NCBI GenBank assembly: GCA_907165135.1 | Contig: OU015568.1 | Span: forward strand, 3,782,001-3,846,000 | DNA: 64,000 nucleotides | DNA from: Oikopleura dioica | Taxonomy: Eukaryota; Animalia; Chordata | Direction: 5' to 3' | Part shown: positions 1 to 12,019 of the stretch, one piece after another | How the letters are laid out: each line of letters opens with the position of its first letter | How positions within the stretch are numbered: position 1 is the stretch's first letter | Translations under genes and position numbers: made by a program | Notes under the pieces: generated by a model | The model's input: the letters and a program-made list of their open reading frames with translations, nothing else | The model's database searches: none | What the model was told of the DNA's origin: nothing

Positions 1-698
1 TAAAATGATTCTTTTATTCGAAATTTCAACAATTTTATTTTTACCTGACACAGCCATTGCTATTTTTTCCTCTTCAGTGAAGGCGGAAACAAATGCAAGA
101 AACAACGAAAAAAACATCATAGTAATTGAAATTATTAAAATTATTTGCAGGAGACGAGTTTTTATACAGTTTCTGTATTACAGGGTTAATTTGATTTACG
201 AGCGTGAATAAACAGATTAATATTGGCAAATTTGTCGATGAAGTGCAAAATCATGGTCTGCTCTTGCACAATTATTTGGAATTAGGCACAATTGAACGCG
301 ACTCAAGCACTTATTCGGTTGCTGTTTGCCCAACAGCCAAAAACAAAGTCCTTTATTTTGCCTTTCTGTGATGTCTAAATATGATCCAACTAATTGGTAA
401 CTTGAACTTAATAGAGTTCTCAAGAATTTGAGAAATAACATAAAAAGTATTGACGGTTCCTTGATATGCATAAAAACAGCTGTTTGCTGACACAGCTGAT
501 TCAGTTATTTAAAAATCATTATAGCCAGTCCTGATCTTCCGAGTAACCGCATAATGAAAATCATAAAATGATGGTACAAAAACGCACCAACTTCCCAAAC
601 GAAAAAAAAGATCAGACTTAAAAAAAATGATTGATGAATAATGATGAAAAATAAAGAGAAAAGAAAAAATCAAGACTTCAAGAGAAAAAAAACAATTA

Positions 699-859
699 CA
701 GTGGGTTGCGCAGGTAGTTGACCCTTTGCGATTGCCGCTTTGGTTGCCCCTTCGCCCGCGCTTTTTCTATTGTTTCTTTCTAGACTTGCTCAAAGTGATT
801 GCAGGATTGGTTGACCCTTCGCCCGCTCTTTAGGGGGCAACTACCTGCGCAACCCACTG
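699..859. mobile_element. Tc1/mariner-type MITE (161 bp)
   Basis: TIR CAGTGGGTTGCGCAGGTAGTTG at 699 and its reverse complement ending at 859; TA on both flanks (697-698, 860-861); internal repeated TTGGTTG(A/C)CCCTTCGCCCGC. Confidence 0.85.
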
Positions 860-2011
860 TATTGAAATGTATTCAAAAGGTTCAAAATTCTGACACCAAA
901 TATTTGTATGTGTTAGCACAAAATAAATAAAATCAATAAAGATCTTTATTCATAAAATTGCAGTAAATTTTCAGCAAGTCTAAAACGTACAAAAAACGCA
1001 CCAGATCTCCGCGATCATAGACTTAACCGGATCAAAAGCTCCACGATAGGATCAAACGTCAAAAAAAAAGATCGAGAAAATAAAATGTGAGCGCGCGGTC
1101 GGTGGCGCTCCCGAGCGCGCTCATGATTTCTCAGCTCTTCCGACCGTGACTGAAGGACAACATTCGTAAAAAATCGTGTTTTTTTTGGAAGAGAAACTCA
1201 GATTTTGAAACGAAAAAAAAGCATTTCTGTTGATTTTGTTTTTGAAGAAAAAATTTGAAGGTAAAAATTGATTTCCAGGTTTCAAATAAGACAAAAACTT
1301 GAGCCAACTGAGGTTATTCTCATGTTTATATTTCTCATTACTTATCACTTTTGAGAATTGAGGGTTCCTATTTTAATTTCTTCTTTTCGATAAAAATGAG
1401 AAGATGAGACCGGCGAGTCGTCGATTTAACCGATATTATATCGCTCTTCTCTGAAATATACCATCGCTTTATTGTCTCTTGTGCTTCAATCAATTTATCA
1501 AATGATAAAAAAGTCTCACTAAGAATGGTTAAATTTCTCAATTCAAAAATTCTCAATGAAAGATGAGAATTTCAGCGATTGATATTCTTATTGATTTTTC
1601 ATCGCAGAAATATCGCTCGAAAAATCCTTTGCTTTAAAATTTCGACGGATTCACGTCAAATTTCTAAAAATTCGCCCACCATCAGCTGGTTGGCTTTCTG
1701 ATTGTTTTACGAATTTTTACAAAGTTTTCGCGGATTCCGCGTGCGAGCGCTCTTCTTTATGGCAGCTTTGCAAATTTTGTGCGCCGCGACGCAACGTGAT
1801 TTAGATTACGACAAGAGTCGGCCATTTTTTTAATTTAAACCCACGTGATGCACCTGCTTTCCGCCGGAATATATTAAAAAACGACTCCAAGGAGCCCGGG
1901 ATAATAATTTTCGGCGCGCAGGTGTTTTCTTTAGCAGCGAAATCTCAATCAATATTAACGAAAAACTCCCCAGAAAGGTCTTTCTTTTAACGGAAATTCT
2001 AGGAACCGAAA

Positions 2012-3990
2012 ATGTTCTCGACCGGAATGATGAATCAACAGCAACTGGCTCAACTCCTTGCCCAACAAATGGCTCAATTGCAGCTGGCAAATATGAAGCA
2101 ACCACAAGCTATGCCGATGATGATTCCCGGTAAGAGCAAATAAATCCTTTATGAAAAAACCATAAAAATAGATTTTACCTAGCAGTCCGGAATTTTCGTT
2201 CTTCAGATCAGAGTTGAGAAAATCTTTTAACTGCTCATAATCTTACTCGTTTTTCTCCCGTTTAACGTAAACTGAAATATTTGCCAATTTTGACATCTAG
2301 GTGCTGGACCCTACATTCTTGTTCCACAGAATCAACTGATGAATCAGATCAAGTCACGGCTTTTTGAATACTTATTACAAAAGATTTTTTTCTTCAGTCA
2401 ACATAAACTTTTCTAGGATTCAATCTTTTCCAGAAATATAATTTCTAAAAGCCAGCTGAGCCGCAAAAATCAAAGGGAATGAAAGTTGCTGATTCCGTCA
2501 AGCTGGACCCAGATTATTTTGAAAGCAACTCTGTTTCTGGCAATTCTAGTGTTAATGCGTCTAAACCGAAAAATGTGCCAAAAGCGCTGCCAAAGCGCAT
2601 TTTAGTGACGAAATTGCCGCCCCATGTGCGGACGATGGAGGCCATCACTGAGGCGTTTTACCCTTATGGGATCATTTCGGAGGTGCAGATCTTTAAGGAG
2701 CCAGCGCACGTGCCAAAGCAGTTGATGGAGGAATTGAAGAAGGTCGATAATCGAATGGGAGCTCTTCCAGCCGGTAAGAATGGCATTCTAAACGAGTTAT
2801 TTTTGCCCTTTGATATTTGATAAAAATTTATTATTGGTAAGTTGTCGCTGATAAATAATGAAAAAGCTACTTTTATTAAGAAAAAAGAGTAAATAAAGAA
2901 TTGATTATCACACTTATATAAGAGATAAGGCGTTTCTTTGGTAGAGAAGCAAGAAAAGATTAATTTTTATCAAAAAAAATTGCTAGTTATCGAATCATCA
3001 ATTGATCAAAAAAGCTTTCGAGAAATTTCTTTTTCATGAAAAATAAATTTTTCACTTCTCGTTGATTCAAATTTTCGGGCTTGTGGAATGACGTTTCCTT
3101 TCCTCAAATTTTTCAATCTAGCGTTGGTGGAATTTGAAACCTCCCAAGCTGCCAAATTCGCGGTATCGATCATGCGCAAACGCGAAAAGACGCTTCAATT
3201 CCGGTAATCATCCCTTCCATTTATTTTTTCTTACATATTATTTTTTTCTAGAGTTGCGTTGATGAAGGGAGACAGCGTCGATCCAAAACACATTCAGAAC
3301 AACCAAGCTCCTAAATTTGCGAACTACAGTGCTGCCAACTGCGCCAGTTCAAATAGACGTTGCTCAGAAGGTAACTGATTTTCGCCGTGTTATCGGTACT
3401 TGACCAATTTGCAGCGCTATCACTTTCGGACGATATGATGAGTTCTTCCGGGTACGACACCTGCTCCAGTATCAAATCAGAGTCACCCCAGCCACGAGAC
3501 AGTATCCCCCACAATGGCGGAGGTTCGCAAACAGACTTTGGCCCGATTGGTTCGCCCCCGACAACGAAGAGCTACAGTAGCAGCGTGGGAAAGAGCCAGG
3601 GACCATTGTCGAAGTACAGACAAAATCAACGAGGAAAGGATCATTAATTTTTTAATTAGTTTGTCGAATTTGAAATTCCCCCATTTTCTCGATAAATTTG
3701 GCTGAAAGGGTTGTTTTCCCCCGGAAACTGCGGTGTCCAACCATCTCCCAAAAGCGGCATTCCCCACTAACTACCCGTTGCAAATTGTTTATCGCGAAGA
3801 GAGTCTTGAGATGATCTAACCGATCGAGCGCAAAATCAAACGGGCGCACTACCGACCACACAATTTCAGAAGCGCGTTACGATCCTCCTCCCGCGGTTTT
3901 GACAACGATCAAACTTGCGGTTTCATAGCTACTCAAGAATTCAAAGCGGAATTATTTATTTTTGGACAGCGCACACGTTGGATAATCGAC
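2012..3990 (+). CDS. Multi-exon RNA-binding protein with LARP6-type RRM; 3' end uncertain
   Basis: Gln/Met-rich exon from ATG 2012. ORF 2479-2820 plus exon ~3121-3203 give RILVTKLP..FYPYGIISEVQIFKEPAHVP..ALVEFETSQAAKFA, resembling the LARP6 RRM (FGTFGVISSVRILKPGRELP..AIVEFEEVEAA). A Ser-rich exon follows. Confidence 0.6.
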
Positions 3991-5890
3991 CGCTCAATAT
4001 TTTTGGACTAAACCAATTTATGGGAGTGAATTTTTGGACAACCAATAAGATTGCTGTATTTGGCCTACCGGCGAATCAAAACCCTGATCCATAAAATCAC
4101 TTCCATAAATTGGTTTAACCTATATTTTTTATCCTTTTTTTTTTGATCCTCAAAAGCCCATTTGTAAAAAAAAACTGATTTTCCCAAACCGACTTGAAAC
4201 AAAGCGGAAACCCTTAACGAAAAATCGACAAAAAAAAAATTTCCCCCCTTTTTTATAAAAAAACCTGCTTGGCCCAACTTTTACCAAGTGGCCATAACTG
4301 TATGCAAAATATCAATATTATTATTATAATCTTCTTATGCACAACTTATGCCTTCTGTAAATCGAAAAATTAAAATATGGAAAAAGTCTTTCTTTTGGAG
4401 AAAAGAGAAGATGCAATTTCATGAAAATTTTGGCTTGATCCCTGGAATACAGCTCACTGTGCTTTTTATAAATAAACGAAATGAAAATTGAATGTCTCAA
4501 TCAATTATTTGAACGGTGCTTGTTTTGACTCGAAACTCAATAATGAGGGCATCAATCTCAAAAATTTCTTATCAACCCCTTTTTTTCTTTAATAAAAGTC
4601 ATAAGTACCGAGCCGCTAGTTGTTTTGAACCATTGCTGTTTTGAAAACAACAAGTCAATTCAATCAGTATCGAGGATAATCGTGTTTCATTGATTAAATT
4701 TGCTCTAGTAACGTTTCTTTCCATGGGTTTGATGTTTTGATACGAAACAGCGCTGTGTTATCTCTGCGGCTGGATTCTTGCTCTCTCCTAATCTTTCAAT
4801 TCATACTTTCGATCTGAGCGAACTTCTGGTACGAAAATATCGGCAAGTCACTTTTTCAGCCTTATCTAAAAAATGGAGAAGGAATTTTTTTACTCCAGTT
4901 TATTTGACAGTAGAAAAGCTTGAGATAAAAAAAGACGAGCTGGAGGCTTCTTTAGTAATCGTAAAAATAATCAGGGTGCCGTCCGATAATCATTTTCATT
5001 TTGTTCACTTCCAGCCTGAAGAAAGTGTTCTTATTCATATCTCTTTCATTCAATCTGATGTTTAGCAATTTTTTAATACTGCAACTGCGCACTTACTTTC
5101 TGTGAAGAAGCATATTCATAAGCTCAAATTGAAAATCCCCACTGATTGAGTTTTCGCCACTTTGTGGAAGCATTTCGAATTGAGTTGCTAAAGCCAATTC
5201 ACAAAAAATATTAAGAAAAACGAAAATCTTCATTTTAATCGTTTCACTCCGGAATTTCTGCGTTTAAATACAAAGGGGTTTAAAAATTTGGTATAAATCT
5301 GTTGTCCCATCGACATGAGTGTCCGCAAAAGGTTCAATAAACAACGATAAAAGGAACACTTATCGATAGAATTGCTGCTGTATCGTGAAGAATAAAGTAT
5401 TCTGATCAAGCGGTTTCAAGGTCATATTGAGATTTTGAGGAAAAAAAATCCTTTTTAAAAGACTTTTTCATTCCAAAATTTCTATCCAAGCAGAACTTTT
5501 TTGATTATGTCCAAGGGAGGGGACGAGTTTTAGCATTGGTGCCACGACGTGAGAAAACAATCGAAGTAAGCTCGAGTTTTGAGAATGTCACTATTTTCAC
5601 AATAAATGTCAGTCAATTTACAATCAATCTACCAATTAATCAGCCCATAATAGAAAATAAATTTAATGAAACACGTTCAGGAAGTGGACAACTGATATTT
5701 TGATCATGTGATTTCAAGGTCACATGGTTAAAATAGAACGGAAAACAAATCTGACAAACAATGATATCAGGTCATAATTGATATTGTCGGAAGTTGTGAG
5801 ATAGTCACTTGTTTAACCATCCTTCTAAATCATAATTATCGGTAAGAAATTAATCAAAAAGGTAGTTCTCACTTCTTTTTGTCAAATATA

Positions 5891-8319
5891 ATGGTTGGTG
5901 TAAGAGTAATTGTGGCAGGCGCCTCAATATTTAGTGAGTGAAATTTTTTTCTTTAATTTTTACAAGAGAATAAAATTTCAAGTCGGAGCTGGAATAAATT
6001 CTGTGTCGTTATCATCTGGGGCTTTTCTTACTCCGCGACCTCCGACTGGGAATACAAATTGTCCGTAAGTGATGAAAATTTCGGCTCCGTATTGATGGAA
6101 ATTTTAAATAAGAGAATTCAAGCTTCAACAAGTATGCGGCCAAGATTGTCGAGATGACAAAGCACGGTGCAGAGTTTTGTGCGAAAGTGAATATTGCCCA
6201 TGTGCAGAAAACTGTCCAAACGGATGCACTAGTTGTGATCATCCCCTTTGCAAAGACTTCAATCAACAGGATGAAATAGTAAGACTGCTTTGTTTGAAAC
6301 CACAGTATAAATTTAATTCAAGAATTTCACCACTGAAAAAATGACCGAAAATGCAACCGAAACAACAGAAACAACAGAAATGATGGTTGAAACAACTGAA
6401 GGCTTTACCACGGAACCAGCGCTTTTCTACCATGCAGCGTATTCTGGAATCAGGAATATGGCGCACAGTCAATTCATTATCTCAAAATTTAGCGGAGATA
6501 AAGCTTGGCTTTCAGGTAGAGAATACGATTAGTTCAAGTATAAACTCAATCTTAGCCGGTTCGAGCGCGAGAGTTATTTATTTTGAACATCAACCCTCGG
6601 AAAAAAGTTCTTACGAGGAGGATCAGGAAACGATAAATAGATGTATTTGAGCTGGCATTATTGATTTTTTTATTGATGAAAGAACTACTTGATGATGTTT
6701 AAAAACTCGGCAAATCAATCATTGTATTGGTCCTTTTCTCAAAATAATAAAATTGAAGTCACTTCGCATTTTCAGAAAGCCAATGTTTTCAAAATAAATG
6801 TAAGTCAATTTTCTATTAATAAATCAATCAAAACCTATGATTGATCGTTTTGAAAAATGATAATCAAGTGAAACACAGGAAGTCGAAGAAGAAGATGATT
6901 TATTTACCGTTTGTCTCGCTGATGATGAAGATATTTGTCTTGCCCAGATGGATAATAAACCGAACGATGAATTTCTCAAAATGGAAAAGAAGAAAAACGC
7001 GAATTATCACAGAATATTTGAATGCCAGTTTCAGTCGTCAAATTTTGCGCCAGAAATATCTGAAAATGCGACAACAACCACGACAACAACAACAACGACA
7101 ACGACAAAGAAAGAACATGGAAACGGCAATAACAATGGCAATAACGGCAACAAACCTTCACCCTCGTTCGCGTCTCTTGGCAACTCTGCTGGAAATATAA
7201 AGAAAGGAAATCCCCACAAATTGGATCTTGACGTTTCAAAACAAAATGGAGACACCATGATTTTCGAATCTGAAAATGGCGTCGATTTTAAAATTTCAGT
7301 GGCTGCCAGTGGCAATAAAGGCCCATTTTATTGGACATCAGGAAGTCCGATTACTTTATCAGAAAACCCTGCTGACGCGGAAATTTTTATCATTAAAAAT
7401 GAGGTATAATTTTCAAAATAATATAGGTAGGCCTCGGACGTAAAAAGACGATTTTCACCATCCGGTCATCGTACGGGAAGATGAGAGGGCTCATTCGAAA
7501 GGTCTTGATAAGGGCTTTCTATTTGACCGATAAAAATAAAATATCTCGAAAAAGAAGCACAGGGCCCAGTTTTTTTATAAGCCCAATAGAAAGCCCCGTT
7601 CAAGAGCTTTCGAATGAGCCTACTCTTGTTACCGTACGACGACCGGCTGGTGGTGATAATTTTTTACATCCGAGGCCTAAATATAGGATAACGAATTGAA
7701 AATCATGCTTGCAAGCGACACAGAAAAATGCGTTGATGAAAGTGGTGACAAGCCAGTTCTTGCACTCTGTTCAGAATCATTGACACAAATTTGGTTGTCA
7801 GAAAGTACAATTATAACGACAACAACAACAACATCAGAAGCAATAAAGTCTTCGAGACCTGGCGAGACAACAAAGACTACATCATCGACTTCAACAACAA
7901 CAACTACCAGTACCACAACCACGAAAAAAAATGGAAACAATGGCAATGGTGGGAAGCCAACAACAACCACTACTACACTTACCTCTAACACAAGCTCTCC
8001 AACCAATACTTCAACAACAACAACAACCAAACAACATGGAAACGGTGGAAACGGTGGAAATGGTAAACCTACAACAACAACCACTACAACTACGAAAACA
8101 TCTACAAGGTCGACTTCAACGATGACCACGAAGACCACCCCAAGAACTACAACAACAACAACAACAAAGAAAGAGAATGGAAACGGAGGAAACGGCAAGC
8201 CTACAACAACGACCACAACAACAAGTTTACCAAGAACAACGACAACAAATGCAGCGGCAACAACAAAGTCTACTACTTCAACAACAACAACAACAACGAA
8301 GAAAAATAACGGAAATTGA
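5891..8319 (+). CDS. Secreted mucin-like protein: Cys-rich N-terminal module, Thr-rich tracts alternating with Gly-Asn (GNGGNGKP) motifs, ricin-B-like segment
   Basis: Hydrophobic start at ATG 5891. Exon ~6110-6280 encodes VCGQDCRDDKARCRVLCESEYCPCAENCPNGCTSCDHPLC. ORFs 6341-6532, 6948-7409 and 7696-8319 follow; KCVDESGDKPVLALCSESLTQIW resembles a CxD..C..QxW ricin-B subdomain. Confidence 0.65.
7428..7679. mobile_element. hAT-type MITE (252 bp) at an intron 3' end
   Basis: TIR TAGGCCTCGGACGTAAAAA / TTTTTACATCCGAGGCCTA; perfect 8-bp TSD AATATAGG (7420-7427, 7680-7687). Confidence 0.9.
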
Positions 8320-8577
8320 GGCAACGGTGGAAATAATGGAAACGGAGGAAAACCGTAAATAATTTTTTCGAGATCAAATTTCTGCATGAAAAATCAAAAT
8401 ACTGAATGAATAAATATCTTTATTATTTATGTTTATGAGCTTCGTCCAGGATAAAATTGATTTGTTCCAACAAAACGCCTTGACCGGAATTCGAGCAGTT
8501 TATTTTTGACTTCAACTTCACTTCGAGCGCATTTCTTTTCATTCGATTTTGAACTTGATCATTCATGTAGCCAAAAA

Positions 8578-9370
8578 TCAAGAATCGAACATTTTCCTGA
8601 TTTTATTCAGCGCTTTGGCGCCCAAATCGTCCGAAAACAGTCGAAAATCGGGTTCTCCAACAAGAGGGTATAATTGTGGTAGAAAAATTTCCATGCCGAT
8701 ATTTTTTGTGAGAATACGAAGACGAACGGTCGAAGCGGAATCTTCCAGAATGTTTCTGATGTCGTCCATGCTTTCAAGTCTTTACGCTTGATTTCCAGAG
8801 ACGGCATGATTTTTATTTTCTGAGCAAATCGCAGTGCATTACATGATCAAAGTGAACTATCAATGATAGTCTATCATCGTCTGCCCGGCAAGAGTTAAGC
8901 AAGTGGAAAATTACTAAATTAAACCTTTTTTTTTGTCCCGGGCTCGGCAATAAAATTGATCGTTCATCTGGAAACCAATTCCTAGGATAGTCAATGATAA
9001 GTTCTGCTTCTGGAATTAAAGAAACTTTTGATGGGCTTAATCTGTTTTTAAATAAAGAATCACTAACATTTTAATTTCTCAATCTTCGTGATATTTGTGA
9101 TAAGTTACGCAAATAATTCTTTTATTTTCAATGAATTTTTATCAAAAATGCTATCGTTAAATAATCTTTTTGAGCCATAACTATATCTTCGATTTCTTCA
9201 AATTGAATAGGTTTCATTTCTTCAGCAATAATTCGCCCAACATTCCAATGTCTTTTCTTGAAAATAATTTATTTTGAGAATAACCTCTGTTAAAACGGCT
9301 CTATTTGACCTTCAAACTTTACCTCAATATAAGCTTGAGTAGCCGAACTAAAAAAATTTTCTCTTTCCAT
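8578..9370 (-). CDS. Unknown multi-exon protein
   Basis: ORF 8578-8769 and a coding-like segment near 9270-9370; no family recognised. Confidence 0.3.
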
Positions 9371-10068
9371 CCGTGCTTCTCTCAATTTTGCACTATTTCG
9401 CTATAGTTCTTATTGAATTTTGAATACTGTGCTTGTATAACTATAAAAGCAGCGAGCTGTATATAATGCTCGCCAAGTAAAAAAATTGATGAAAAGCAGA
9501 TCTTCCTTTCATCGACAGAAAAGAAAAAAAAGAGCACTTGCCACGAACAAACTCAGAGGAATATTTATGAGCTCAATGCCACGCCTTCAAAAGAATTAAA
9601 ATAAAATGTGATGGATTATTCTGCAGACTAACTGTCCGACTACATCATTGTTTTGGAAAATTGACTCAATCTGACGGTAAGGCATCCTGCGCATTTTATG
9701 ATCATAGTATGATCCCAGAATTTGGATTGGTACCGGCACCGTCCATCCCCGTTATTTATGGGCCAGAAAGTGTATTTTTTATTATCAAATTTATTCCTTG
9801 ATCTTTTATTTGAGGAGAAGAATTCGAAACCTTGCTGGCAGACGTCGTATATAATATACGGTATATTACATATCATATGTAACATATGTAGCAAACTTTG
9901 TGTTCTTCTTTGATCGTTCTTGTCATTTATCACTATTCTGTCGTATTCAGAATGATGAATATTAAGATCAACAAAGACACTAGTATCTTATGATTCTTTT
10001 TGATTTTTATCGTTTTCTTATCAGTCAAGAAACAGAGAAAAAGTCATTCAAAAATCTTTTTAGAAATC

Positions 10069-11562
10069 TCAAATCTCAGCACAGCATCGTTTTGGAATAG
10101 AAATAGGAACCTTGATTCGCTCGATTTTCCCGGAGATTTTCTCGATCGACCTAAAATTCGATTAAAAGGATGAAAGCTTGCTTCGTGACTTACAGCTCAT
10201 ATTCCCGCGTTTTGAATCCTTTTGGGCTGCAGCTGATCATTTGATTCGCCGGTTTTGAGAGTTTTGCTTTGCAGCACTCGAAGTTAAACGTATCCTTCTG
10301 TTGCTGACTCGCTGAAAATTTTATAACAATAACAAGAAACCTGATTTTACGCTAACCATTGCTTCGATGTGCGAAATGAAGAGATGATTTCAAAAAACTT
10401 TTTGTGGGGCCGGAAATCGTAAAAAATCTGTAAGTGCAGTTTTCTTCAGCTCGTCGAGACGAGTTGAATGATGGGTCTAACTCCTGGTAACTCTAAGGAT
10501 TTACCGGTTTACCGGCTGGTTACCGGAAAATACGTTGTCACCCGCCGTTTTTGTTCTACAAGTGGTAAACAGATGATCGACCCAGGAAATTGTTCCTTAT
10601 AGTCAGATCTCCTCTAGGCTCAAAGATGAGGCTCGTATCAATACTCTGAAGAGAGTTATCAGTAAAAACAGTAAATTTTACGTACATTTTGTTGTTGCTG
10701 CACGTTCCTGATTTTCAGTCCCATTTCTGCCAAAAATAGTATTTTACTGATAACTCTCTTCAGAGTATTGATACGAGCCTCATCTTTGAGCCTAGAGGAG
10801 ATCTGACTATAAGGAACAATTTCCTGGGTCGATCATCTGTTTACCACTTGTAGAACAAAAACGGCGGGTGACAACGTATTTTCCGGTAACCAGCCGGTAA
10901 ACCGGTAAATCCTTAGAGTTACCAGGAGTTAGACCCATCATTCAACTCGTCTCGACGAGCTGAAGAAAACTGCACTTACAGATTTTTTACGATTTCTGGC
11001 CCCACAAAAAGTTTTTTGAAATCATCAAGAGGACCGAAAGACAAGGCATTTGAATTCTCGCAGACGCCCAAGGAAATTGATCGAACTGTACTGTCGCAAA
11101 TATGAGAAACAGTTTCGTGATCAAAGTGGTTGATTGATGGAGGGATGCAACTGGCAACTTCGATATGTCGATGGCCATGAAAATTGACGAAATTGGTGTG
11201 GCAATGGAAACAGCTTGGTTTTCCCCGACCACAAATCTTCAAATTATCATTTTATTGGCGAATTAAAGTCAAAAGTTCTACCTTTTCGGTCAAAATGTGT
11301 TTTGTCATCGGATGTCCACATATCATATCACTAACGACGTTTTCCATTTCATGTCTGATCTTGTTCAAGTAACAGACATCTTCGTCCTGAGGATTCCAGG
11401 GACGAAAAGCCCTTCCTCTCCTTCGGAGGCCCATCTGAAAACTCATCGTTGGTCGATCCGCAGGTACTGAGTCTATTAGCGACTTTGACACCATCATACC
11501 GAGCTCAAAACTTGTTTTCCTGCTCCAACCATGGAGACGAAGAGAGGGAAGAGAGAAATCAT
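10069..11562 (-). CDS. Secreted Cys-rich furin-processed protein, copy B; interrupted by a foldback element in exon 2 and carrying a 1-nt frameshift in the signal region
   Basis: Four exons collinear with copy C: RRRGR^AF site, CYLNKIRHEM..ICG..ICGRGKPSC..GVCE..FECCKAKLSKPANQMISC..IPKRCCAEI*. Removing 10383-11026 plus one TSD copy restores a frame of the same length as copy C. Confidence 0.75.
10383..11026. mobile_element. Foldback/MITE element, 644 bp, ~285 bp near-perfect TIRs, 4-bp TSD AAGA; superfamily unassigned
   Basis: 10383-10667 is the reverse complement of 10742-11026 (one mismatch seen); AAGA at 10379-10382 and 11027-11030. Confidence 0.92.
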
Positions 11563-12019
11563 TGCTGATCTTTCGTAGTTTTTGAACGAAGCTTCTGAGT
11601 AAACCTTCGCCGAAAAATTCTTTATTATACTACTGTTAAAACTAGCGCCATCTTCAATAAAAAATCAATCATGTTCGAAGAATCGAAATAGTCTTGACGT
11701 ATTTTTTGTCTGGGTGCCAGTCAGGCTCTGTTAGCGCAGCGCTTGTTTGATACGTAGCATACATGTATTTATTGCTCAGATTATCCAGACACGTACGGTA
11801 TGCCACGCGTCATAAGATACTGAAGTATATAACATTTCGAGTCTTTATTTCGAGTTTGATAATTAATAAGAAGAACAGAGCAAATGTGAATTTTTGTCAA
11901 GAACATTTGACCTAGAATGGCTTGTTTTAAATGCTCGCGTCAGTATCAAAACAGGAGAGACAGTCAAATTCATGATAAAAAAAATACCTAAGAATCTAAT
12001 GAAGATATTTTGTTGGAAA

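Noticed and set aside
1089-1122. GC-rich hairpin GAGCGCGC..GCGCGCTC as a candidate ncRNA
   Set aside because: Short stem only, with no tRNA, snRNA or SL RNA features recognisable.
4500-5330. Possible minus-strand gene
   Set aside because: Could not assemble a consistent exon chain or recognise any motif.
7677-8387. Long Val-rich minus ORF (likewise 47053-47427 minus and 31865-32119 plus)
   Set aside because: Antisense shadows of ACA/ACG Thr-codon repeats in genes on the other strand.
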